The notes beneath the pieces were generated by a model. That model did not search any database, had not been told where the DNA came from, and saw nothing but the letters and a program-made list of their open reading frames with translations. From an uncultured delta proteobacterium (GTDB lineage Bacteria > Myxococcota_A > Polyangia > Fen-1088), in the NCBI GenBank assembly GCA_963767925.1, contig CAVYGB010000002.1, positions 2,112,001 to 2,176,000 of the forward strand: a stretch of 64,000 bases of DNA, read 5' to 3'. Below, piece by piece: positions 49,952-59,939 of the stretch (position 1 is the stretch's first letter; the number at the start of each line of letters is the position of its first letter). A program made the position numbers and the translations under genes.

Positions 49952-50299
49952 TCAGGCAGTCTGCTCCCGTCGCTTGGTCATTCCAGTCAGCTCGTCCTGA
50001 TAGGTAACAAAGGCGGAATAGTTCATCGCGGCGAGGCGGTGCCTGGTGAACGGCACCATCTGTCCAGGGTCGTTGCTGCCCAGCGTCCGGCTGTTGCTGT
50101 GCCAATGTCTTTTTCACGTCGGCGCGGTGGGCGGCGGAAATTCGTCGAGCAACTTGCCGCTCGATCCTTCGGAAATAACACCGTCGATGGTGACGTGCGG
50201 AAGGGGCGAAGCCGTGCGGTAGCGCTCGCTCAGCGTTCCTGTCAGAGACTGAAGGACGGCCGTGTCGAGCCAGAAGCCGTCGCCAAAGGTGGGGGTCAT
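49952..50299 (-). pseudogene. Decayed 2OG-Fe(II) oxygenase (N-terminal part)
   Basis: ASPLPHVTIDG..LLDEFPPP, TGA at a likely Trp position, then QMVPFTRH..MNYSAFV..ELTG. Confidence 0.65.
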
Positions 50300-50419
50300 T
50301 TGGGCCGCCCGCGAATCAGGACACGCTTCCGTTGGTCATGTATCACAGCCGCCCGGAGGTGCGCTCGCCGCGGTTTGCGGCAGGAAGTTCAGCGCCGCCC
50401 GCTTGTAGATTCACGAAGC

Positions 50420-51469
50420 TTGAGCGCCGCGGCCGCCTGGTGGTCCCACACAGAGAACGTGCACATTGCGAGCTACCGGCTGCGCTGCCTCCGTATCGTC
50501 ACGGCTCTGCGCGTACGCGGCGTTGAGGTCGGGCTTTATCGTGCGGCCGACGAAGTCCCGCCCCGCTGCCTGGTACTCACGAAGCGCTATGATCCAGGCT
50601 CCATGCAGGAGGCGATCTCTCTGCGCAAGCGCGCCGGGACGCGGCTCGTGCTCGACCTGTGTGACAACCATTTCAATTTCGAAAGCGACGACCCTGCGCT
50701 ACACCTAAGGGCCGCGACGCTGCGCGAGGCGGTGCGCGCGGTGGATCAAGTCGTGGCGTCGTCGCCAGCACTGGCCGAAGTCATAGAGTCCGAGTGCGGC
50801 GCGGGGGTGCCGGTCGGCGTGATTCCCGACGTGGCCGAGCCGCCGTTCGTGCCGACGCGCCTCGCGCGCTCGGAGCATCCGATAGCCGAGCAGCAGCTGT
50901 GGCGCCTGGCAATGAGCTTGCGGCGCAGTGGGATACCGCGGGAGCGCCGGCTACTCTGGTTCGGGAACCATGGTTCCGTCGGGGTGAACGGTGGCATGAC
51001 CGATCTCCTTCGCATCTGTGAGGCCCTGCATGATGCCCACTGCGTGCGGCCGCTATCACTGACGGTCATCAGCAACGATGAGGCGAAGTTCCAGGCCGTC
51101 ACCCAGGGCTGGGCACTGCCGGCGTATTACCTGCCGTGGCACCCCCAGACCTTCTCCCGGATTGCGCGCCTGCACAGTGCGGTCGTGGTTCCCATCAGCG
51201 TGAACCCCTTCACCCAGTGCAAGACCAACAACCGGCCCGCCACGGGGTTTCTGCACGGCCTCAACGTCGTCGCCGACGCCATCCCCAGCTACCAGGAGTT
51301 CTCCGACTGCGCCGTGCTCGACGACTGGAGGCGCGGGCTGGGCGACTACCTCGACGATTTGCCCCGTCGGACGGCGGACGTAGCTACCGGACAGCGGCTG
51401 CTCGCGCAACGTTACAGCCTCGACGTCGTGGCCGCCCAGTGGCACGCGTTGGTAGCCCCGGACGCCTAG
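50420..51469 (+). CDS. Putative GT-B glycosyltransferase
   Basis: ASYRLRC, LDLCDNHF, LLWFGNHG, KTNNRP, GLNVVADAIPSY; TTG start assumed. Confidence 0.7.
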   Translation: MSAAAAWWSHTENVHIASYRLRCLRIVTALRVRGVEVGLYRAADEVPPRCLVLTKRYDPGSMQEAISLRKRAGTRLVLDLCDNHFNFESDDPALHLRAATLREAVRAVDQVVASSPALAEVIESECGAGVPVGVIPDVAEPPFVPTRLARSEHPIAEQQLWRLAMSLRRSGIPRERRLLWFGNHGSVGVNGGMTDLLRICEALHDAHCVRPLSLTVISNDEAKFQAVTQGWALPAYYLPWHPQTFSRIARLHSAVVVPISVNPFTQCKTNNRPATGFLHGLNVVADAIPSYQEFSDCAVLDDWRRGLGDYLDDLPRRTADVATGQRLLAQRYSLDVVAAQWHALVAPDA

Positions 51470-51713
51470 AACGGCGAACGGTTTGAAAGGGCCTGACCGT
51501 CGTACGCCAAGATCCCGGCGACGACCGAGCTGGCGATGTACCCCGCGGTCAATAGCTCCTGTCCATGGAGCGTGGGGTTACCGGTCGGTTTTGCCCCGCC
51601 GCCAATGTCCAGGGGTGCGACGATGATGTCACTTAGCGCTCTTTGATCAGAACCGCTTCCCATCGGGACCTGCGGCAATTGCCCCGCCCCGCCACCCCGC
51701 CGCCTCCTCTTCC

Positions 51714-52061
51714 TCACCTCGGCGGGTCGAGGTGGGCGGTGGCGATGCGCTTGGGGACGACCATGCGCCAGGCGTCGGTGACGAGCTTGTGCATCTCGAC
51801 CCGGTCGATGGCGTCAACGTGGACGCAGACCCAGTTGAAGCGCAGGTCCGACGGCTCGGGCAGGTGGAACTTGGTGGGGTCGCCCTCCACGAGCTCGGTG
51901 CGCCACTCCTTGGGGAAGGCGAAGCCCATGGTCTTCTTGTCGAGGGAGAACGCCACGTAGACGATCTGGCCGACCCGGAACTTGACCCTTCCGCGGATGA
52001 GGTGTTCCTCGGTCCTCGGCAACGACATCGCCAGGCGGCGCACGTCGTGGATCGTCACCAT
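51714..52061 (-). CDS. MmcQ/YjbR family protein
   Basis: VRRLAMSLPRTEE, KFRVG, LVTDAWRMVVPKR. Confidence 0.85.
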   Translation of the reverse strand: MVTIHDVRRLAMSLPRTEEHLIRGRVKFRVGQIVYVAFSLDKKTMGFAFPKEWRTELVEGDPTKFHLPEPSDLRFNWVCVHVDAIDRVEMHKLVTDAWRMVVPKRIATAHLDPPR

Positions 52062-52116
52062 GTCGGCGACGGAGATGTACCACCCGGCGGTGGAGCCGTC
52101 ACGCCGATCGGCGCGG

Positions 52117-53463
52117 TCACCCGGCGTGCCAGCGGTAGACGACGCAGCTTCGTTGCGGGTCGCCCGGGGTGTACAGCACGGTGACGGGGTCGCCGGCGAC
52201 CCAGCGGCGGGTGGCGGGGTCGGCGCAGGTCAGCTGGTGGCGGTAGCGCTGGCCCTCGACGTCGAATTCGTAGGTGATCTCGGCGGTGGTGCTGTCGACT
52301 TTCAGGATGCGTCCGGTGGTTGCGAGGCCGTCCCGGAACAGGGGGGCCAGGGATTTGCGGCGACGGAGGCTGGAGACGCCGAGGATGATGGGGACGATGC
52401 CCAGGCTCACCAGGCCCATCATCGTGTAGAGAGCGGCCCGGCCGAGGACCGACCAGGGGCCGCGACCTTCGGGGGACAGGCGGCCGTCGAGGGTGTCCAT
52501 GAGGTTGGCGTAGACGTCGGCCAGGGGCCCGCCTGGATCGCGCGGGGTGGCGCCCATTTCGACCGGCTGCGGGCGGGGCTCGCCTCGGGCCATCGGGAGG
52601 GCCGGGAGGGTCGCGCCCAGCGGGGCCAGGGCGCGTGGTTCGCCCTCGGACAGCAGCAGGCGCCGGGCGGCTCGAGCGGTGGCGGGGCGATCGCGGGGCG
52701 CGGGGGCCAGCAGGGTGTCGATGGTCCGGCGCAGGGATGGGCGGACGTCGATCTCGGGCGGTAGGGTGAGGCGGCCGGTCTCGAAGGAGAGCTCGGTCGG
52801 CTCGCGTCCGGTGAGCAGGTGCAGCAGGGTCACGCCCAGGGCGTACAGGTCGCTGGCCGGGGACACCTGGCCCAGCAGCTGTTCCGGCGGCATGTAGCCG
52901 AACGTGCCGGAGACCGTCGAGCCGCCCTGGATGGGGCGGCCGCCCTGACCGACGCCGCCGAAGTCCACCAGGGCGGGCGCGCCCGACGGACGCAGGACGA
53001 TGTTCGACGGTTTGATGTCCCGATGGAACACCGGGGGGCGGCGCTCGTGCAGGTACTCGAGCACCTCCAGCAGCGCCAGGGCCAGGTCGGTGGTCTCGAG
53101 GTCGTCGAAGGTCCGCCCGGCGCGCAGCTCGTCCCGCAGCGAGGGTCCCTCGATGAGCTCCATCACGAGATAGAGGGCCAGCTTGCCCTCGTCGTCCTGG
53201 CCTTCGAAGTGGCGATAGATCTCGGGCACGCCCTGGTGGCGCAGGGTGGCCAGCACCCGGGCCTCGCGCTCGAACAGCTCCACCGGTTTCCAATCACCGG
53301 CGCCCTGCACCCGGAGCTGTTTCACCGCCACGGGGCGCTCGTCCTGCTGGAGGTCCACGCAGGCCAGCGTGCGGGCGAAGGTGCCCTGGCCCAGCACACG
53401 TGTCGGCCGGTAGCGGCCATCGATGAGCGCGGGGAGCGGCTGGGGCGGGGCCGGGTCAGTCAT
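52117..53463 (-). CDS. Hanks-type Ser/Thr protein kinase with TM segment and C-terminal OB-like (DUF3592-like) domain
   Basis: LGQGTFA, VAVK, HRDIKPSN, DFG, GTFGYMPPE, SDLYALG. Confidence 0.92.
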   Translation of the reverse strand: MTDPAPPQPLPALIDGRYRPTRVLGQGTFARTLACVDLQQDERPVAVKQLRVQGAGDWKPVELFEREARVLATLRHQGVPEIYRHFEGQDDEGKLALYLVMELIEGPSLRDELRAGRTFDDLETTDLALALLEVLEYLHERRPPVFHRDIKPSNIVLRPSGAPALVDFGGVGQGGRPIQGGSTVSGTFGYMPPEQLLGQVSPASDLYALGVTLLHLLTGREPTELSFETGRLTLPPEIDVRPSLRRTIDTLLAPAPRDRPATARAARRLLLSEGEPRALAPLGATLPALPMARGEPRPQPVEMGATPRDPGGPLADVYANLMDTLDGRLSPEGRGPWSVLGRAALYTMMGLVSLGIVPIILGVSSLRRRKSLAPLFRDGLATTGRILKVDSTTAEITYEFDVEGQRYRHQLTCADPATRRWVAGDPVTVLYTPGDPQRSCVVYRWHAG

Positions 53464-53519
53464 GGCTCCCGGGCCGGGGGCGAGCGGGTGGGGGTGGGGG
53501 TCCGCTCCCGAGCAAACCC

Positions 53520-54638
53520 CTAGAAATCCAGCAACACGACGCCGAGCAGGTCCTGCGGCGACACCTGGTCGAGGGCGTAGCGCAGGGTCTTCGCGCGGGA
53601 GCGATCCGCGCGGGCGACGAAGATGAGGCCGTCGACGGCGTCCTCCAGGAGGGGGATGTCGGGGCCGGCGCTCACCGACGGCGCGTCGATGACGATGTAG
53701 TCGTAGGCGCCGCGGAGGCTGTCGAGGCAGTGGGCGAAGGTGCCGCCTTCGAGGGCGCGGAGTTTTTTCGAGGTGGGGTCGACGGCGAGGAGGTGGAGGT
53801 CGTAGGTGGACAGCTCGGTGACTTTCCAGGGGGCGAGGAAGTCCTTCTTGTGCTGTTCGAGCTGCTCGAAGAAGCAGGGGTGTTTGGTGAGGCCGAAGAT
53901 GGAGGCGAGGGCGGGCTGGTAGGCGTTGGCTTCCAGCAGGAGGACGCGGGAGCGGCGGACTTCGGCGAGGGAGAGGGCGAGGTTGACGGCGCAGAAGGTC
54001 TTGCCTTCGCGGCGGGTGGCGCTGGTGACGGCGACGACCCGGGGTTCGCCGCGGTCGGCGAGGCGGTGGCGGAGGGAGCGGATCGACGCGGCCTGGGGGA
54101 GGAGCTTGTTGTTGAGGAGGACCAGGGGCCACTTGAGGTCGGAGGGTACCGTGTGGCGGAAGGCGGCGATCTCGGCGGCGGGGACGCTGGGGCGGTCCTT
54201 GCGGCCGCGGGGGGTGCTGGGCAGGGAGGGGATGAGGGCGGCGTTGTCGGCGCGCCCGCGCGACTGCACCACCAGCGATTGGGGGCGATCGGGGGAAGGG
54301 TCGGCCTTGGGGGCGGCGCCCATCAGGACGGTCTCGCGGCTGAGGACGCGGGGCGGGTCGGGCAGGGCGGTCAAGACGCCCGAGCGGTCCTGGGAGCTGT
54401 CGCCCTCCGAGCTGGGGGTCTCGCGCCGGCGCTGGCCGGGCAGGACGGTCACCGGGGGCAGGCCGATGCGGGTGCGGGAGGCGGAGGCGTTCTTGACCGG
54501 GGGGTCGTCCTCGCTCCTGGAGGCGGCGGCGGTCGAGCTGGCGCTCTTCACCGCTTCCATGTAGGTCGGCGTCCGGCGCCGGGGCGCCTCTGCGTCGGGT
54601 TTGTCGGCCTTGGTGCCGGAGGGAGGCTGCTTAGTCAC
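53520..54638 (-). CDS. Stand-alone CpsD/CapB BY-kinase-like protein
   Basis: VTSATRREGKT, NLALSLA, YDYIVIDAP; long disordered N-terminus. Confidence 0.85.
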   Translation of the reverse strand: MTKQPPSGTKADKPDAEAPRRRTPTYMEAVKSASSTAAASRSEDDPPVKNASASRTRIGLPPVTVLPGQRRRETPSSEGDSSQDRSGVLTALPDPPRVLSRETVLMGAAPKADPSPDRPQSLVVQSRGRADNAALIPSLPSTPRGRKDRPSVPAAEIAAFRHTVPSDLKWPLVLLNNKLLPQAASIRSLRHRLADRGEPRVVAVTSATRREGKTFCAVNLALSLAEVRRSRVLLLEANAYQPALASIFGLTKHPCFFEQLEQHKKDFLAPWKVTELSTYDLHLLAVDPTSKKLRALEGGTFAHCLDSLRGAYDYIVIDAPSVSAGPDIPLLEDAVDGLIFVARADRSRAKTLRYALDQVSPQDLLGVVLLDF

Positions 54639-56010
54639 TGGAGCTCCGGTATTTGCGAGGTACGGGCGGAACGACCGCGAGCACGTTGGCCCCGCCGAGC
54701 TGCAACACGTCCATGCGATCGAAGATGCGGTCGCTCGCGGTGGCGCGCGCCAGGGCGGCCCCGGCGGCCAGCATGCAGGCGAGGACGAAGCCGACCATGG
54801 CGGAGCGCCGGCGCCGGCTCTGTAGCGGCGAGCCGGGCAGGGTGGCGGGGTCGTGGATGGTCAGCTTGAGCAGGTTGCCGCTGGTCTCCATCTGCTCTTG
54901 CACGCCGAGCTTGAGGCGCTTGTCCTCCAGCTTGTTGAGGCGCTCGCGCGACTGGCCGAGCTGCTCGCGCAGGCTGTTGAGCGGCACCTCGAGCTGCAGC
55001 AGCTTGGGGTTGCGGGCGCGCGGGCTACGCTGCACCCGGATCTGACCGAGCTGGCTGTTGAGGGAGGCGATCTGGGCGTCGATGGGGCTCTGACCCTCGG
55101 CGCCCGGGGTGGGCGGCACCCGCTCGATCATGGCGTTGATGCGCCCGACGTCGGCCTCGGCGCCCTTCACCTTCGACTGGGCGCTCACCACGTCGGGGTG
55201 GGCCTCGGTCTTGGTGGCGAGCATCTCGGCCAGCTCGAGGCGCCGCTTGTCCCGCTCCGCCTCGGCCATGCGCTTGCGCTCGAACAGCTCGGTCAGCGAG
55301 CTCGAGCCGGGGGTCTTTTGCCCGGCGGCCCGCTCGCGCTTGAGGTTGTCGATCTCCCGCTGGATCACCAGGGCGGTGGGGTCGGCCGCCGCCGGGGCCT
55401 GCTCCTGCAACATCCCCACCTGGGGGTGCTTGGCGAGAAAATCGTTGAGTGCCTGCTCGCTGCGCAGGACCTCCTCCTGGAGCTGGCGGCGTTCGGAGTC
55501 GAGCAGCTCGCGCGACTCCTTGAGGCCCTTGCCCCGGTCACGGTCGTGATCGGCGACCAGCGACTGGGTCATGTCGGCCAGCACGACCTGGGCCTGCTGG
55601 GGTGAGAAGCCGGTGTACCGCACCGAGAAGGTCCCACCTGCCCCGACCTGGAAGTCGGTGCGCTTCTTCACCTCCTCGAGGGCCGCCTGCGGGGTGTACT
55701 CCGGGAACAGCTCGTGCTTCTGGATCACCGCTCGCAAGCGATCGCCACTCATCAACATTCCCTTGAGGCGCGCGCCGGCCTGGGACGGGTCGAGCGTCCC
55801 GCCCATCTCGCGGGTGGGTCCCTCGGCGAACATGAGCACGGCCTCGGACATGTACGGCTGCCAGGTCTGCCGGGCGAAGGCCAGGGTGGCGGCGACGCCG
55901 AGCACGAACACCACGGTGGCCGAGCGCCAGAAGCGCAGGGCCCGTCGCGCCAGGTAGACCATGGGAGGAGGCCCCCCCTCACCCGAGCCGGCTGAGTCTC
56001 CAAAAGTCAT
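54631..56010 (-). CDS. Polysaccharide co-polymerase (GumC/Wzc-like)
   Basis: Two TM segments flanking a coiled coil; TEAHPDV; LGGANVLAVVP. Confidence 0.8.
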   Translation of the reverse strand: MTFGDSAGSGEGGPPPMVYLARRALRFWRSATVVFVLGVAATLAFARQTWQPYMSEAVLMFAEGPTREMGGTLDPSQAGARLKGMLMSGDRLRAVIQKHELFPEYTPQAALEEVKKRTDFQVGAGGTFSVRYTGFSPQQAQVVLADMTQSLVADHDRDRGKGLKESRELLDSERRQLQEEVLRSEQALNDFLAKHPQVGMLQEQAPAAADPTALVIQREIDNLKRERAAGQKTPGSSSLTELFERKRMAEAERDKRRLELAEMLATKTEAHPDVVSAQSKVKGAEADVGRINAMIERVPPTPGAEGQSPIDAQIASLNSQLGQIRVQRSPRARNPKLLQLEVPLNSLREQLGQSRERLNKLEDKRLKLGVQEQMETSGNLLKLTIHDPATLPGSPLQSRRRRSAMVGFVLACMLAAGAALARATASDRIFDRMDVLQLGGANVLAVVPPVPRKYRSSSD

Positions 56011-56077
56011 GTGAACAACCCCGTAATAATAACGTCTGTTCCCCGAAACTTCTCGCAGACCGCGATTTCGCTGGGTT

Positions 56078-57067
56078 TTACGCCCGGGCCCCCCCCTCCA
56101 GACGTCCCAGGGTAGGGATTCCCAGACGGCGGATGTCCTCGACGCTCTCTATGAAGGGTGTAAACGCCCCCACCAGCAGGATCATCACCGGCAGCGCCAG
56201 CAGGAACCCCACCAGGGCCACGGTGAGGAGCAAGGGGACCAGCGGCAAGGGTGGATCCACCCGGGATTCGGCGATCTCGTAGTCGATGCCCGGCCGGCTG
56301 GTCTCCTCGCGCAGTCGGCGCTCGGCGTCCCGCAGCTCGCTGTCCAGCCGCCCGGCCCGCCGTTGCGCTTCGGTGACGGCGTCGTCGAGGGCCAGGAAGC
56401 TCGCGTCGGAGTCCTTTCCACTGCCGCGCAAGGGGGTCGCGGCCCGCAGCGCCTGGATGTTGAGGGCCTCGTACAGGGCGCGGGCGTCCTTGAGGGACAA
56501 CCTGGCCTGGACAACCTCCTGTTCGGCCTCGCCCCGACGCCGGCGGGTGCTGGCCTCGACGATGGGGGCGGTCAGCGAGCTGACGACGCCGACCGCCTGC
56601 TCGGCGAAGGGCGACTCGTAGGTGAGCACCACGTAAGCCGAGCGCGGCGTCTTGGTGTCCTCCTGGAGCACGATCCGGTTGCGCACGATCGAGACCCCCA
56701 GGGCGTCGCGCAGGCGTTCCACGCCGCGGGCCGGGTTGGGGTTGGTGTCGCCGGCGCGCAGGTACCGGTTGTAGACGTCGAGCAACACCGCGTGGGTCAG
56801 CGCCACCCGGGTCACCCGATCCAGCAGCTCGAGGTTGGTCCACTGGCTGCGGGGGAGCTGGAAGTCGACCACCTCGGTCAGCCGGATCGAGGTCACGGCG
56901 ACGTGATTGTGGGGTGCCTGCCAGGCGAACAGGACCGCCCCCAGGGTGGCGGCGGCGGTCGCCGCCAGCACCAGGCCGGCGCGCCGGCGCGCCCGGTGCA
57001 GCAGGCGGGCGACCTCGCTGCGCAGGGCGAAATACCCCGGTTCGCTCTCGGTCCATGACCCGGCCAT
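56078..57067 (-). CDS. Wzz-like co-polymerase
   Basis: Two TM segments and coiled coil; EDIRRLGIPTLG C-terminus. Confidence 0.65.
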   Translation of the reverse strand: MAGSWTESEPGYFALRSEVARLLHRARRRAGLVLAATAAATLGAVLFAWQAPHNHVAVTSIRLTEVVDFQLPRSQWTNLELLDRVTRVALTHAVLLDVYNRYLRAGDTNPNPARGVERLRDALGVSIVRNRIVLQEDTKTPRSAYVVLTYESPFAEQAVGVVSSLTAPIVEASTRRRRGEAEQEVVQARLSLKDARALYEALNIQALRAATPLRGSGKDSDASFLALDDAVTEAQRRAGRLDSELRDAERRLREETSRPGIDYEIAESRVDPPLPLVPLLLTVALVGFLLALPVMILLVGAFTPFIESVEDIRRLGIPTLGRLEGGARA

Positions 57068-57199
57068 TGGCCCATCTCAGCATAGGTTCCCGGCGCCCCC
57101 GGATCCAGTCGGTCGAGCGGCTGCAAATCCAGCGCGTCTCGGGGCCCTGGCGCCTGTTGACCTGAGGTGGGCTTTGAGGGTCAAGTACCCCCTTCACCC

Positions 57200-57952
57200 A
57201 TGAACAATCCAGCAGACGCAGTCACGCAATCACCCCGACGGGTCAAGCTAAAAAAGCTTCTGAAGATCGGGCTGGCCGTGGGCATCGTGGTGGGCATCGG
57301 GCTCCAGTTCGTCCCGGTGGAGGGGATCGGCGTCAACCCTCCCGCACGTTACAAGATCGATGCGCCCCCGGAGGTGCTGGCGATCCTCAAGGAGTCGTGC
57401 TTCGACTGCCACTCCAACGAGACGGCGTGGCCGCTCTACGCCCGCATCGCCCCCGGCTCGTGGCTGATGGCGCGCGATGTGCGCAAGGGTCGCAGCCGCC
57501 TCAACATGTCGGAGTGGGGTGAGACCGACGAGGAGGAGCGCACGCTCGACCGCGAGTCGTCCTGGGACGAGATCCAGGAGGGGGAGATGCCCCCCTGGTT
57601 CTACCTGCCGATGCACCCCTCGGCCCGCCTCGACGACAAGGAGAAGGCCATCCTGAAGGAATGGATGCTGAAGAAGCGGCCGGCCGAGCCGGCGGTGGCC
57701 GTCCCCGCCGAGGGGACCACCGACACGCCGCCGGTCGAGGGCGCCGCCGCCGTGGCGGGCGCTGCCCTCGCCGGTGGTGCCGCCAGCAAGGCGGCCGCCG
57801 GCCCGAAGGCGGGCGCGAGCAAGAAGCAGGGCAAGGCTCGCCCGGGCAAGCAGCCGCTGCGCCGGCGTGCCAAGGCCGGCCGCCCCTCCACCAAGTCGAA
57901 GCAGAAGGCCGCCGTTCGCGCGCGCGGCAACCGCCCCCGACCCAACCGCTGA
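57200..57952 (+). CDS. Haem-binding (c-type, Haem_bd) protein with basic low-complexity tail
   Basis: SCFDCHSN (CxxCH), EMPPWFYLPMHPSARL. Confidence 0.88.
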   Translation: MNNPADAVTQSPRRVKLKKLLKIGLAVGIVVGIGLQFVPVEGIGVNPPARYKIDAPPEVLAILKESCFDCHSNETAWPLYARIAPGSWLMARDVRKGRSRLNMSEWGETDEEERTLDRESSWDEIQEGEMPPWFYLPMHPSARLDDKEKAILKEWMLKKRPAEPAVAVPAEGTTDTPPVEGAAAVAGAALAGGAASKAAAGPKAGASKKQGKARPGKQPLRRRAKAGRPSTKSKQKAAVRARGNRPRPNR

Positions 57953-58046
57953 GCGGCCCACCCGGCCCGACCCGCCCGCACCCGGACGTCCCCAGAAGTC
58001 CGGGGCGGCGGCGCAGCGCTCGCGGTAGCATGATCAACGTCGCTTG

Positions 58047-59939
58047 ATGCCTGCGACCGCGCAACCGATCCCACCAGCCAGCTCACCGGCCGCGACCGCC
58101 TCCACCAGCCAGATCCTGCGTCGCCTGTTCCGGTTTGCCTGGCAATACCGGAAGGACTGCCTGGCCGTGCTCAGCTACCAGGCCGTCCTGCTGGCCCTGG
58201 GCCTGGCCGGTCTCGGCGCCGTCGGGCAGGCGGTCGACACGATCCGCGCCGCCCTCGACAGCAGCGCCACCGCCCCGCGCTGGCTGTTCGGCTGGCAGCC
58301 GCCGGCGGGGGTCGGCCCCCTGTCCCTCACCATCGGCCTGGCGGTGCTGGTGCTGCTGATGGCCGCCCTGCGGGCGCTGCTCAACTACCGCTACTCCATC
58401 GCGGTCGGTCGCCTCCTGCAGCTCGACATCGTGCCCCGCCTGCGCTCGGAGGTGTTCGACAAGCTCCTGCGCCTCGACTTCCGCTTCTTCGACGCCAACG
58501 CCTCGGGCTCGATCATCAACCGGGTCACCGGCGACGTGCAGTCGCTGCGCTCGTTCATCGACGGCGTGCTCATCCAGAGCGTGATCCTGCTGCTCTCGCT
58601 GGCGGTCTACCTGATCTACATGCTGGGCAAACACGTGCCCCTCACCATCGCCTGCCTGGCCTCCACGCCCCTGCTCTGGGTGGGCACCGCCCTGTTCTCG
58701 CGCTGGGTGCAGCCGGCCTACGCCGAGAACCGCAACCTGGCCGACCAGCTCGTGCTGGCCCTGTCCGAGGGGGTGCAGGGGATCGAGGTGGTGCGCGGCT
58801 TCGGCGGCGAGCGCCAGGAGCTTGCCCGCTTCGCCGCCCGCAACCGCGAGCTGTCGCAGCAGCAGCAGCGCATCTTCTGGCGGGTCAGCCTGTTTTCCCC
58901 GGGGGTCAGCCTGGTGGGCCAGGTGAACCTGATGGTGCTGCTGTTCTACGGGGGCTTCGCCGTGCGCTCGGGCACCCTGTCGCTCGGCGACCTCATCGTG
59001 TTCGCCGGGCTGCTGCAGCAGTTCTCCGGGCAGATCACCAACCTCGCCGGGGTGGTCAACACCCTCCAGCAGAGCCTGATCGGCGCCCGCCGGGTGTTCG
59101 AGGTGCTCGACGCCCCCGTCGCCGTCCGCAGCCCCGGCTCGCCCATCAAGCTGCCCCGGGTCACCGGCGCGGTCCGCTTCGAGGGGGTGCACTTCGCCTA
59201 CACCCCCGGCGCCCCGGTGCTCGAGGGGGTCGATCTGCAGGTGGGGGCGGGCGAGCGCATCGCCGTGCTCGGGCAGACCGGGGCGGGCAAGACCACCCTG
59301 CTGTCGCTGCTGCCCCGGTTTTACGACCCCACCGCCGGTCGGGTCGCGATCGACGGCCACGACGTGCGCGCGCTGGATCTGCCCTTCCTGCGCCGCCAGA
59401 TCGGGGTGGTCTTCCAGGAGAGCTTCCTCTTCTCCGACACGGTGGCGGGCAACATCGCCTTCGGGCAGCCGGGGGCCGACCGGGCCCAGATCGAGCGCGC
59501 CGCCCGCCTGGCCCGGGCCCACGACTTCATCGTGACCCTGCCCGCTGGCTACCAGACCCGGGTGGGCGAGGGGGGGCACGGCCTGTCGGGCGGGCAGCGC
59601 CAGCGCCTGGCTCTGGCCCGGGCCCTGCTGCTCGAGCCGCACATCCTGCTGCTCGACGATCCGGCGGCCGCCCTCGACCCCGGCACCGAGGAGGAGCTGT
59701 TCTCCGCCCTCGAGAGCGCCACCGCCGGCCGCACGACCTTCATCATCGCCCACCGCCTCAGCACCCTCCGGCGCGCCGACCGCATCATCGTGCTCGACGG
59801 CGGGCGCATCGTGCAGCAGGGCACCCACGACGAGCTGATGCGCGAGGGGGGCACCTACCTGCGGGCGATGACCCTGGAGGTCGTCGACGCCGTCCCCACC
59901 CTGGCCGCCCAGGCCGCTACAAAAACGGGGGACGCGTGA
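58047..59939 (+). CDS. ABC exporter subunit A
   Basis: GQTGAGKT, LSGGQRQR, LLLDDP (degenerate Walker B), AHRLST. Confidence 0.93.
   Translation: MPATAQPIPPASSPAATASTSQILRRLFRFAWQYRKDCLAVLSYQAVLLALGLAGLGAVGQAVDTIRAALDSSATAPRWLFGWQPPAGVGPLSLTIGLAVLVLLMAALRALLNYRYSIAVGRLLQLDIVPRLRSEVFDKLLRLDFRFFDANASGSIINRVTGDVQSLRSFIDGVLIQSVILLLSLAVYLIYMLGKHVPLTIACLASTPLLWVGTALFSRWVQPAYAENRNLADQLVLALSEGVQGIEVVRGFGGERQELARFAARNRELSQQQQRIFWRVSLFSPGVSLVGQVNLMVLLFYGGFAVRSGTLSLGDLIVFAGLLQQFSGQITNLAGVVNTLQQSLIGARRVFEVLDAPVAVRSPGSPIKLPRVTGAVRFEGVHFAYTPGAPVLEGVDLQVGAGERIAVLGQTGAGKTTLLSLLPRFYDPTAGRVAIDGHDVRALDLPFLRRQIGVVFQESFLFSDTVAGNIAFGQPGADRAQIERAARLARAHDFIVTLPAGYQTRVGEGGHGLSGGQRQRLALARALLLEPHILLLDDPAAALDPGTEEELFSALESATAGRTTFIIAHRLSTLRRADRIIVLDGGRIVQQGTHDELMREGGTYLRAMTLEVVDAVPTLAAQAATKTGDA

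Noticed and set aside
50114..50116. In-frame TGA as selenocysteine or read-through
   Set aside because: The frame degenerates and stops again before any catalytic HxD motif; a Trp-to-stop pseudogene mutation is simpler
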